From NCBI GenBank assembly GCA_034435395.1, contig DAOTXK010000120.1:1-53944 (forward strand): a stretch of 53,944 nt of DNA. The letters are read 5' to 3'. This DNA is from Anaerolineae bacterium. Lineage in GTDB: Bacteria > Chloroflexota > Anaerolineae > Aggregatilineales > Ch27. Shown piece after piece: positions 11,052 to 19,382 of the stretch. The notes beneath the pieces are model-generated. The model did not search any database and had not been told where the DNA came from. It saw only the letters and a program-made list of their open reading frames with translations. A program made the translations under genes and the position numbers. Numbering within the stretch: position 1 is the first letter of the stretch; each line of letters opens with the position of its first letter.

Positions 11052-12788
11052 ATGCATCCGAACAGGGCAAACGCGCGCTGGTGGAAGCGCAGGCGCTGGT
11101 GGGGGCGGTTGACGGTCCTGCTGGCGACCGCGCTCGCCTGTAACCTGACCGCGCCCGCCACCCCGCCGACCGCCACCCCGCCGCCCACCCTCCCGCCGAC
11201 TCCCACCACCGCGCCGACCCCCGCCTATGACCAGGGGCGCGTCGAAGCCATCCTGGCGGGGATGAGCCTGGAGGAGCGGGTCGGGCAGATGTTTATGCTC
11301 GGCTACTACGATCCCAGCCCGACGCTGGACCTCTACCAACTGGCCGAGCGGGGACGTCCGGGCGGGATTGTGCTGTTCGCCCACAATGTGGGGAATCCGG
11401 CGGAGACAGCCGCCGTGGTCAACCGCCTGCAAGCGACGGCGCTGGAGACGACTGGCGTGCCGCTGCTGATCGCCACCGACCAGGAAGGCGGCATCGTCTC
11501 CCGGCTGCGGCAGGGCTTCACCGCCTGGCCGAATATGATGGCGCTGGCTGCCACACGGGACCCGTCGCTGGCGGAGCGGGTTGGCGCGGCCATGGCCGAG
11601 GAACTGCGGGCCGTCGGCATCAACATGGACCTGGCCCCGGTGGCGGACGTGCTCGCCAACCCGTCCAATGCGGTGATCAGCGTGCGGTCGTTTGGCTCGG
11701 TGCCGCCGTTGGTGGCGCAGTTCAGCGCGGCCATGATGCGCGGCCTGCAAGCGGGCGGCGTGATCACCACCGCCAAACATTTCCCCGGCCATGGCGGGAC
11801 GACCGAGGACAGCCATCTGCAACTGCCCAGCGACACCCGTTCCCGCGCCGAACTGGAAGCGGACCTCCTGCCGTTTGCCACCCTGATCGCTGACGGCGTG
11901 GACGCGGTGATGACGGCCCACGTGGTCTACCCATCCCTGAGCGGCGACGGGCAGGCGGCCACCTTCAGCCACGCCATCGTCACCGGCTTGCTGCGGCGGG
12001 AGATGGGCTTTGAGGGCGTGGTCCTCTCCGACGCGATGAGCATGGGCGCGGTGCTGGAGCAGTATCCGCTGGAGCAGGCCGTCGAGCGGGCGATCACGGC
12101 CGGCGTGGATATGCTGACCTTCGGGCGTGGCGTCACGCCGGAGCAGCAACTGGCCGCTATCGCCCATACCGTGCGGCTGGTCCAGCTGGGCATCCTCGAC
12201 GAGGGGCGCATCAACGAGTCGGCCCGGCACATCCTGGCGCTGAAGTCGCGCTACGGCGTGCTGGACTGGTCGCCGGTGGAGCCGGGGACGGCCACCTTCA
12301 ACCTGGAAGCGCACCAGGCCCTCAGCTACGAAGTTTCAGCTTACGCGCTGACGCTGCTCCGTGATCGGGGGGACCTGTTGCCACTGGACCCCGACGGGCC
12401 GGTCACGGTGGTTTATCCGCTGAACGCCAGCGGCGCGCCTGCCGCCTTCCGGGCGTTTGATCCGGACGTTGCCCTGGTCGGCATCTCGGAGCGCGTCACC
12501 CAGGCCGACTGGGACGGCGTGATGGCCGCGGCGGAGGCGGGGGGGACGGTCGTGATCCTGACCCAGGACGCCTGGTTCGACGCGGACCTGGCAGCGCTGG
12601 TGCGGGCGCTGCCCGTCGAGCGGACGGTGGCGGTGGCCATCCGCTCCCCCTATGACCTGCTGGCCTATCCCGACATCGGGACGTATCTGCTGACCTACAG
12701 CGGCCACGATCAGGCCCTCTCCGCGCTGGCCCGGATGCTGTACGGCCACGTCGGCGCGCCGGGGCGCATCCCGGTCGATCTGCCGTAA
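11052..12788 (+). CDS. Glycoside hydrolase family 3, beta-N-acetylhexosaminidase-like (NagZ-like), secreted or lipid-anchored
   Basis: Contains KHFPGHGGT, VVLSDAMSMGA and DQEGG. The N-terminal signal ends in ...LATALAC, followed by a Thr/Pro linker. The ATG at 11052 is preferred over the TTG at 11034. Confidence 0.85.
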   Translation: MHPNRANARWWKRRRWWGRLTVLLATALACNLTAPATPPTATPPPTLPPTPTTAPTPAYDQGRVEAILAGMSLEERVGQMFMLGYYDPSPTLDLYQLAERGRPGGIVLFAHNVGNPAETAAVVNRLQATALETTGVPLLIATDQEGGIVSRLRQGFTAWPNMMALAATRDPSLAERVGAAMAEELRAVGINMDLAPVADVLANPSNAVISVRSFGSVPPLVAQFSAAMMRGLQAGGVITTAKHFPGHGGTTEDSHLQLPSDTRSRAELEADLLPFATLIADGVDAVMTAHVVYPSLSGDGQAATFSHAIVTGLLRREMGFEGVVLSDAMSMGAVLEQYPLEQAVERAITAGVDMLTFGRGVTPEQQLAAIAHTVRLVQLGILDEGRINESARHILALKSRYGVLDWSPVEPGTATFNLEAHQALSYEVSAYALTLLRDRGDLLPLDPDGPVTVVYPLNASGAPAAFRAFDPDVALVGISERVTQADWDGVMAAAEAGGTVVILTQDAWFDADLAALVRALPVERTVAVAIRSPYDLLAYPDIGTYLLTYSGHDQALSALARMLYGHVGAPGRIPVDLP

Positions 12789-12839
12789 GTGGATGGCGGG
12801 ACGGGGTATTCCTCAATCATTCGGTGATACAATGGGGCT

Positions 12840-14354
12840 ATGTTCCTGAGGAGGCCGCATCGGGAAGGGGACATCATGGATTGGCGCTGGCGGTTGGGGC
12901 CGGGAATCATGGCCGTCGTTCTGGCGGTGGCCACCTTTCTGCCGGCAGCCGTGGCTCAGGGCGGGCTTGATCCCACCGCGCCGCCGGGCTTTGGCGAAGC
13001 CATCCTGGAAGCGGGCTTCTCCCCGGACCCGCACGTGGTGCGCCTATCCAGCGGCGGGACCGTGAACGTACGCGCCGCGCTGGGGGACGCCTGTCTGGGC
13101 GAGGCCCAGGGGTACGCCGCCACCGCGCCCGATTACCGGGTGAAATACGCCGGCGGGCCGGAGGAGACCCTCCGCTTTTTTTTCCTGGGCGAGGGGGATA
13201 CGACGCTGGTGATCTACAGCCCGGACCGGCGCTGGTACTGCGACGACGACTCCTGGGGCCAGCAGAATCCGCAGATCACCTTCGCGGAGCCACGGCGCGG
13301 GTGGTACAACATCTGGGTGGGGAGCTACAACCCGGGCGACACGGTCGCCGGGATGCTGTCTATCACGGCGCAGGGGCAGGACTCCGTCGGCACGCCAGCG
13401 CGCAGCCGCCTGCTGAACCCTCAGGACATCCCGATCTATGGGGCGACGGCGCTGGGAGCGGGTTTTGCCCCGGACCCGCATACCGTGTCGATGGCCAGCG
13501 GCGGCGGGGTGGACGTGCGGGCCGACCTGGGAACCGCCTGCGCAGGGGACGCCCAGGGTTACGTGGCCAGCGCGCCGGGTTACCGCGTGCAGTACACGGC
13601 GGGCGCGGGCGGGCGGCTGCGGTTTTTCTTCCGGGCGGACGGCGACACCACACTGGTCATCTACGGGCCGGATGGGCGGTGGACCTGCGACGACGACTCC
13701 GGCGGGGACCGGAACCCACTGATCACGTTCGAGAATCCGCTGGGCGGCGCGTACAGCATATGGGTCGGCAGCTACCACCGGGGCGAGGTCGTCAACGGTC
13801 AGTTGTTCATCACCGGGCGGGACCTGACGCCGGGCAACCTTCCTGGCGGGACGACCGCCATCGGGCCGGGACTCACCGGCACTCCGACGCCCACGCCCCC
13901 ACCGCTGGTCATCGGCGGCTTCGACCTGGCCGCCACCCCCAGCTTTGGGACGGCGATCCTGGCGGCGGATTTCCTGCCGGACCCATACCAGGTGCGCCTG
14001 ATGAGCGGCGGCGGGGTGGACGTGCGGGCCAACCTGGCCAATAGCTGCGTCGGTGAGGCTCAGGGGTACGCCGCCAGCGCCCCTGATGTCCGCGTGCAGT
14101 ACACGGCAGGGACCGCCGGGCGGCTGCGGTTTTTCTTTGTCGGCGATGGGGACACGACGCTGGTGGTCCGCAGCCCGGACGGCAAATGGACCTGCGACGA
14201 CGATTCCGCCGGCACGCAGAATCCCATGATCACGTTTGTCGGCCCGGCCAGCGGCCAGTACGACGTGTGGGTGGGCAGCTTCACCCAGGGCGATTTTGTG
14301 CTCGGCGTCCTGTACCTCACCGAACAAGACCTGACGCCAGGTGATTATCGGTAG
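12840..14354 (+). CDS. Secreted protein made of three tandem ~126-aa repeats (PPC-like, DDDS-motif modules)
   Basis: Signal peptide (..AVVLAVATFLPAAVAQG). Each repeat reads FG.A.L.AGF.PDP..V...SGG.V.VRA.L...C.G.AQGY.A.AP..RV.Y..G....LRFFF...GDTTLV...PD..W.CDDDS.G..NP.ITF..P..G.Y..WVGS. An alternative start is the ATG at 12876. Confidence 0.8.
   Translation: MFLRRPHREGDIMDWRWRLGPGIMAVVLAVATFLPAAVAQGGLDPTAPPGFGEAILEAGFSPDPHVVRLSSGGTVNVRAALGDACLGEAQGYAATAPDYRVKYAGGPEETLRFFFLGEGDTTLVIYSPDRRWYCDDDSWGQQNPQITFAEPRRGWYNIWVGSYNPGDTVAGMLSITAQGQDSVGTPARSRLLNPQDIPIYGATALGAGFAPDPHTVSMASGGGVDVRADLGTACAGDAQGYVASAPGYRVQYTAGAGGRLRFFFRADGDTTLVIYGPDGRWTCDDDSGGDRNPLITFENPLGGAYSIWVGSYHRGEVVNGQLFITGRDLTPGNLPGGTTAIGPGLTGTPTPTPPPLVIGGFDLAATPSFGTAILAADFLPDPYQVRLMSGGGVDVRANLANSCVGEAQGYAASAPDVRVQYTAGTAGRLRFFFVGDGDTTLVVRSPDGKWTCDDDSAGTQNPMITFVGPASGQYDVWVGSFTQGDFVLGVLYLTEQDLTPGDYR
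12987..14321 (+). repeat. Three intragenic tandem repeat units (12987..13367, 13437..13814, 13944..14321)
   Basis: Units were aligned by eye at protein level and are partly recognisable at DNA level (ctgcggtttttctt..., tggacctgcgacgacga...). A Thr/Pro linker separates units 2 and 3. Confidence 0.8.
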
Positions 14355-14370
14355 TCGTCTCGCGAGCGGC

Positions 14371-15033
14371 TCAGTCCAGCACGGCATACGCCCGGACCGG
14401 GAACGCCGCCGCCCCTTCCACCTTGACCGGCGCGGCATGAAAGGTGAACGTCCGCCCGATCAGCGCCTCCAGGCCGGTCAGGTTCTCCACGATCAGGATG
14501 CGATTGAGCAGCAGGGTGGTGTGGACCGGGCGGGCGGGGTCGGCCTGGTCGTCGGCGGCCAGGTAATCGACGCCGCACAGCCGGGCACCGCCGTCGCGCA
14601 GCCGTTCGGCGATGGCCCGCGTCAGGAAGGGATAGGCGGCGTAAGCTTCCGGGTCGTCCCAATACGCATCCCAGCCGGTGCAGAACAGCACGGCCTGACC
14701 GCTCACGTCCACGCCGTCCAGCACCGCCTCCGGAATCGGCTGGCGCGGCGCGAGCGGGCGGCAGTCCAGGCACACGCCGGGCAGCACGCAGTCTTCCAGC
14801 GCCAGCTGGTGGATGCGCGCCCCGGTGGGGTCAAAGTGATAGGGCGAATCGAGATAGGTGCTCAGGCTGGTAACGAAGGCCGCCTGGCTGATCTCGCACG
14901 AGCAGCCCTGGTAGCGCCCGGAGGCGGCGGTCTGGGCGTGGCTCAGGTAGGGGCTGATGGTGGGGGCCGGGACGGACGGGCTGAAGCGGGGGATATCCGG
15001 CCCCAGGGTGTGGGACAGATCGATCAGGCGCAT
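14371..15033 (-). CDS. Putative cyclase / kynurenine-formamidase-family protein (divergent metal motif)
   Basis: Contains MRLIDLSHTL..., ...LDSPYHF... and a C-terminal VENLTGLEAL...FTFHAAPVKVEGAAAFPVRAYAVL, typical of Pfam Cyclase. The expected HxGTHxDxPxH reads SLSTYLDSPYH. Confidence 0.6.
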   Translation of the reverse strand: MRLIDLSHTLGPDIPRFSPSVPAPTISPYLSHAQTAASGRYQGCSCEISQAAFVTSLSTYLDSPYHFDPTGARIHQLALEDCVLPGVCLDCRPLAPRQPIPEAVLDGVDVSGQAVLFCTGWDAYWDDPEAYAAYPFLTRAIAERLRDGGARLCGVDYLAADDQADPARPVHTTLLLNRILIVENLTGLEALIGRTFTFHAAPVKVEGAAAFPVRAYAVLD

Positions 15034-15349
15034 GGCGGAAACCTCTGTGTCCCCAGGACTGTCAGGGCGGACCGGCCCCTTAGGCGCATTATACTGTCGA
15101 TTCGCCGCTCAAAATGGCTTTACAGGGTTAAATGTTGACAAAGCTCTCTGGTTATCATAAAGTGTAATCGTGCTTTATTTTTGTATTACCATATCTCTGT
15201 CGTCCGGCGTTGAGCCAGGGGTGGGGGTGACGAATAGCAGCGAGCGGCGCTTGCCCATGGCTCTTTCGTCGTTCGGGCTGTTGTCTGGCAGAGAGATGGC
15301 GTGCCCGCATCAAATCCCATCACCTACAATATACATAAGGAGGAGAACG

Positions 15350-16135
15350 ATGAAAAGGTTTATTATGCTGGGGATTGTCGCGGCTCTGGCACTGGGGGTG
15401 AGCGGCAGCGCCCTGGCGATCAGCAACGGTCAGCCGGATTCCGCCCATCCCTATGTGGGATTGGTGTTCTGGCCAGACCCCAGGAATCCAGGTTACGGCA
15501 GCCTGTGCTCAGGGGCTTTGGTCGCGCCGACGGTGGTGGTGACTGCCGCCCATTGTGCCGAGCCTGCTCTGAGCGATTTTGCGTATGTCTTCTTTGGTCA
15601 GTCTCCGCCCTATGCGAGGGTAGTGACTGGGACCTTTCACCGCGACCCGGGTTATTGTCCGGGGTGCGCGCCAGGGCTGCCCGGCTTTGACACCCACGAT
15701 GTGGCAGTCGTGGTGCTGGATGCGGCGGTCAATGACTTCGGGTTCGCGGCGCTGCCGTCAGCCGGTCTGGTGGATACGCTTCCCATGAACACCCCGGTCG
15801 ACCTGGTCGGCTACGGGGTCCAGGCGCGGTTGGTTGGGGGAGGGCCGCCGGAATGGGACTGGGACTCCTTTCCTCCCACCCGCTACTATGCGCCGACCGA
15901 GTTGGTCGCCAGCAACCATGTCCACGCCGACGAGTTTATCAAGCTGCGAGCCAATCCGTCACGGGGTTCGGGCGGCGTGTGCTTTGGCGATTCGGGCGGC
16001 CCGGACCTGTTGGGCGGCACGAACATCATCCTGGCGGTGAATTCGTATGTGACCAACGGCAACTGCGCCGGTGTGACCTACTCCAACCGCGTCGACACGT
16101 ATGCGTTGGACTTCATTCGCAGTTTTATGCCGTAA
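15350..16135 (+). CDS. Secreted trypsin-like serine protease (S1 family)
   Basis: Catalytic triad contexts VVTAAHC, HDVAVVVL and CFGDSGGPDL. Signal peptide MKRFIMLGIVAALALGVSGSALA. AAGGAGGAG RBS 5 nt upstream of the ATG at 15350. Confidence 0.85.
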   Translation: MKRFIMLGIVAALALGVSGSALAISNGQPDSAHPYVGLVFWPDPRNPGYGSLCSGALVAPTVVVTAAHCAEPALSDFAYVFFGQSPPYARVVTGTFHRDPGYCPGCAPGLPGFDTHDVAVVVLDAAVNDFGFAALPSAGLVDTLPMNTPVDLVGYGVQARLVGGGPPEWDWDSFPPTRYYAPTELVASNHVHADEFIKLRANPSRGSGGVCFGDSGGPDLLGGTNIILAVNSYVTNGNCAGVTYSNRVDTYALDFIRSFMP

Positions 16136-16156
16136 GGCGTGAGTTTCGCTGAGGTG

Positions 16157-16187
16157 GAGCCGCTCGGAGCAGCGGCTCTTTTTGTGT
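16157..16187 (+). terminator. Intrinsic terminator after the protease gene
   Basis: GAGCCGCT-cggagc-AGCGGCTC followed by TTTTTGTGT. Confidence 0.8.
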
Positions 16188-16322
16188 AGGGGTGTCGGTT
16201 TCTGAATGAGCCGGCACTGGGTATGCCGGGGCGCTTTCGCCAGACGGGGACTTGCCGTATCATACCAGCTAAGGGAGACACCTGCTCCCCGATGGATGTC
16301 GGCCCAGGAGAGGGTTGGTTGG

Positions 16323-17591
16323 ATGAGCTACGACATTGTTCAGGACCTGGTCGATCAGCTTGAGGATAAAAAACCCGGCGTCCGTATCCGGGCCTTGCGG
16401 CGGCTGGCGGCCATCGGCGATCCCCGCGCCGTGCCGGAAATCAGCAATGTCTACCTCAACGAGGACGAGCGCCCGGAGGTGAAAAAGGTCGCCCGGGAAG
16501 CGTTGGGCACTTTCCAGGCGATCAGAGAGGCCATCGACCAGCAGATCGACGTGGAACTGCCGGACCCCAGCACCGTCAAAGACCCGCTGATCTCGCCGGA
16601 GATGCTCAGGCGGCTGCTGATCGGCCTGGCGGCCCTGATGGTCGTTTTTTGGGTAGTGGATGTCGTCCTGCTGTTGCTCCCGCCGTCGGCCCTGGCCACC
16701 CAGGACGCACTGGCGATATTGCAGAGCCGGTATGCCCGGGTGCGGGCCGACGCCGAACATCAGGGGCAGGCGTGGCAGTCCATGCGCGATGGCGGCCCGC
16801 TGGACTGCAACATCCCCGCGCCCGCGCCCGGCTCGACCAATTCGCGGGACCTGGCGGAACTGGCGATTGAGGGGGCGGTCTCCTCCCCGCTGCCGCAGGC
16901 CAGGCAGGCGCTGGTGGCGGCCATCGATCAGCTGGCCGTCCCGGCTGGCAACTGGCTGGTCGGCTGTAATGCCAATATCTTCCCCATGTCGGCGAATCAG
17001 AATCTGGAGTTTGTGGCGCGGGCACTGGTCTTGCTGGATGACGCGGCGGACCTGCTGGCCCAGGCGGGGGCGCTTCCGCCCATCACGCCCGGCCAGCCGA
17101 CGGAGCCACTCTCTCCCGGCCCGCCACCAGCCGCGACCGCCACCGAGTCCCCAGGGGGGCCTACCCTCGAACCAACGCCAGCCTTCGACCCTTCGCCCTA
17201 TATCCGGGGGATGCGCGAGCGCATCGATGTGGTGATGGGCGGGCGCGGCGTGGGGACCCTGCTGCCGACCTTCTGGGAGGATGTGCGGCGCACCGGCCAG
17301 TCGTTTGGGTGTCGGCAGGCCTTGAGCGCCGACGACCTGATCGATTACACCCTGGTGACGCCGGCGATCGCCGCTCTGGAGCCACGGCTGCAAAACGCGG
17401 CCATCACCTTAAATGTTGGCCTGGCCCTGGCGCGGGATTCGTTGCGGAACTTTCAGCAGGGCTGTTCGACCGGCAACTTCGGTCCGTTGCTCGACGTGGG
17501 GCAGGAACAGGCCCGGCAGGCCGTCAGCGCCCTGAACCAGGCGGCTGCTCTGCTGGATCAGTTGCAGGCCGAACTGCGATCCCGCCAGTGA
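16323..17591 (+). CDS. Hypothetical membrane protein with an N-terminal HEAT-like repeat
   Basis: VRIRALRRLAAIGDPRAVPEISNVY (PBS-lyase/HEAT-like), one TM (LLIGLAALMVVFWVVDVVLLLL), then a ~290-aa Ala/Pro-rich extracytoplasmic part. ATG at 16323 with GGAGAGG upstream. The track ORF starts at 16206. Confidence 0.55.
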   Translation: MSYDIVQDLVDQLEDKKPGVRIRALRRLAAIGDPRAVPEISNVYLNEDERPEVKKVAREALGTFQAIREAIDQQIDVELPDPSTVKDPLISPEMLRRLLIGLAALMVVFWVVDVVLLLLPPSALATQDALAILQSRYARVRADAEHQGQAWQSMRDGGPLDCNIPAPAPGSTNSRDLAELAIEGAVSSPLPQARQALVAAIDQLAVPAGNWLVGCNANIFPMSANQNLEFVARALVLLDDAADLLAQAGALPPITPGQPTEPLSPGPPPAATATESPGGPTLEPTPAFDPSPYIRGMRERIDVVMGGRGVGTLLPTFWEDVRRTGQSFGCRQALSADDLIDYTLVTPAIAALEPRLQNAAITLNVGLALARDSLRNFQQGCSTGNFGPLLDVGQEQARQAVSALNQAAALLDQLQAELRSRQ

Positions 17592-17628
17592 TGGCCGGGG
17601 CGGTCTGGGGCGGTCGATCGGGGCTGGT

Positions 17629-18459
17629 TCAGGGGGCGGAGTCTGCCGCCGGAGCCTCGAACAGGGCGCGCTGCGGGAAGACCAGCCGCTCCTGGGTGTA
17701 ATCGGCCTGGCTGAGGGCCCGGGCGTTGGCCCGTTCGAAATCAGCGTGCAGGTCCTCAACGCGCATGATCTGCTGAGCGGACGGTTCCAGGGAATACAGG
17801 AGCAGGCTCACGGTGTATTTGCCGGGCACGATGACCAGCCAGCTGCCGTCCCTGACTCGCTTTTTGGCCGGTCCCAGCGGGCCTTTTTGTTGGATGAAGT
17901 CCGGCAGGGCCTGCAAAATCGGGATGATGTCTTTGGGGCGGGGCGGGCGGCTGCCATGGTGCACGATGGGCCTGATCTGACCCAGCGGGAAGAGGGCGTA
18001 AAACAGCAGGCGCGCGGCAAAATGCTGCCGCAGGAAACTGGTATGGCCGGGGCGGGCCACCGTTTTCCAGGCGTCGGACTGAGGATTGCGGCTCAGCAGG
18101 GCCTCGATGATCAGGCGTTGCTCGCCGTAGCGGTTGTAGATGGCGTGGAACTGGGCGCGGTTGATCCGCCCCTGGGCGAATTCCTCCGCCACGCTGGTCA
18201 TCCGCTGGCGCAGGTGTTCCAGCGTTTCCTGGGGGCTCATCCGGGCAACGGTGGCCGGGCTGCGGCTCTCCGTCTGGTCGGTGGTTTTATCCAGCGGTCC
18301 GGTGGGGGGCTTGGCCGGGATCAGGCGGGGTTTGGCGGGCGGGTTGAGGGTAGGCCGGGAGGGGCGGACCGGCGAACGCGCCGCCTCATCACTCCGTCCA
18401 GGATCGTCCGGCGGCGGAGGTGTGGCCGGGGATTGTAAGGGATCGTGCGCGCCGCTCAC
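17629..18459 (-). CDS. Hypothetical protein, Pro-rich N-terminus, immediately downstream of the small GTPase
   Basis: About 75 aa of low-complexity Pro-rich sequence, then a helical segment (ETLEHLRQRMTSVAEEFAQGRINRAQFHAIYNRYGEQRLIIEALL) and a mixed alpha/beta C-terminal part. Same strand as the GTPase gene and 108 nt after it. No family recognised. Confidence 0.55.
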   Translation of the reverse strand: MSGAHDPLQSPATPPPPDDPGRSDEAARSPVRPSRPTLNPPAKPRLIPAKPPTGPLDKTTDQTESRSPATVARMSPQETLEHLRQRMTSVAEEFAQGRINRAQFHAIYNRYGEQRLIIEALLSRNPQSDAWKTVARPGHTSFLRQHFAARLLFYALFPLGQIRPIVHHGSRPPRPKDIIPILQALPDFIQQKGPLGPAKKRVRDGSWLVIVPGKYTVSLLLYSLEPSAQQIMRVEDLHADFERANARALSQADYTQERLVFPQRALFEAPAADSAP

Positions 18460-18567
18460 AGCCTCATCCCTCGCCTTCTGTCATGCTCCTGACCATCTTA
18501 GCAGAAAAACAACCGTTCGCAAAGTCGGCCAGCGTCGGGGCCGGCCCTGGGAGCGGCAGGCTCGCCG

Positions 18568-19200
18568 CTATTCCATGACATTAACCGCCAGGTGAGCCAG
18601 CCCTTTAAACAACGGCTCGACGTTCTGGCCGGTGGCGGCGCTGGTCTCCAGAAAGGGCATGTTCTGCTCCCTGGCCCACCGGCGCGCTTCTTCCGTGGGA
18701 ACCGCGTTTGGCAAATCCACCTTGTTGGCGATGAGCACCATCGGCGCGTGGGGCGCGATGGCCCGGATTTCGTCGCGCCAGCGGGGCAGGCTGTAAAAAC
18801 TCGGCGGCTCGGACACATCATAAACCAGGGCCACGGCCCGCGCGCCCCGGTAGAACGTATCCCGGAAGCTGCCAAACCGCTCCTGCCCGGCCACATCCCA
18901 GATCGAGAGTTTGATGTCCCGGTCGCCCAGCCGCAGGGTTTTGGTCTGGAAGTCCACGCCCAGCGTCATCACGCGCGACTCCTCAAATTTGCCCTCGCAG
19001 TAACGGCGAATCAGACTGGTTTTGCCCACGTTGGCGTCGCCGGCGATGACGACCTTGTAGACAGTCGAGACGGTACTCAAGGCTCGCTCCTCGGGTGATG
19101 GCGTCGGCGGCGCGGTTGTATCCGGCGCGCCCCTGGCCGGTGGGGCGGCCTGGGTTCGGATGGACAGCGCGGCCAGCAATGCCTCCCCGTTATTGTACAC
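18568..19200 (-). CDS. Ras-superfamily small GTPase, Rab-like
   Basis: G1 GDANVGKT, switch I TLGVDF, G3 WDVAGQERF, G4 NKVDL, G5 ETSA. A more likely start is the TTG at 19080 (GAGGAG 6 nt upstream, giving STVSTVYKVVIAGD..., 170 aa). The track start at 19200 would add a Pro/Ala-rich extension. Confidence 0.85.
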   Translation of the reverse strand: MYNNGEALLAALSIRTQAAPPARGAPDTTAPPTPSPEERALSTVSTVYKVVIAGDANVGKTSLIRRYCEGKFEESRVMTLGVDFQTKTLRLGDRDIKLSIWDVAGQERFGSFRDTFYRGARAVALVYDVSEPPSFYSLPRWRDEIRAIAPHAPMVLIANKVDLPNAVPTEEARRWAREQNMPFLETSAATGQNVEPLFKGLAHLAVNVME

Positions 19201-19247
19201 AAAGCCGGGTCGTTACGCTGCGGCGGGATAGGTGGCGGCGACAGGAC

Positions 19248-19267
19248 CGTCGGCATCCATGCCGACG
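19248..19267. promoter_or_regulatory. 20-bp palindrome in the divergent GTPase / dehydrogenase intergenic region
   Basis: CGTCGGCAT-cc-ATGCCGACG, perfect 9-bp arms. Could be an operator or an RNA hairpin. Function unknown. Confidence 0.3.
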
Positions 19268-19382
19268 CTACTATCCCTGGCGGCGAACCCGAACAATGGT
19301 TATCATGGCCTTTTCCGCGCCACCTTCAGCCGGGGGCGCGCTCTACCAGGGGAAACGCATATTTGTTGGAAGGAAAAAGGTG

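Noticed and set aside
10995-14438. Minus-strand ORFs 10995..12314 and 13044..14438, and similar long antisense ORFs elsewhere (3823..4764, 32915..34219, 35834..37843, 33933..34910, 23061..24188)
   Set aside because: All are antisense or out of frame relative to genes with recognisable domains (GH3, the triple-repeat protein, DnaG, EtfB, GMC, MFS). All have the Arg/Pro/Gly-rich signature of non-coding frames in GC-rich DNA.
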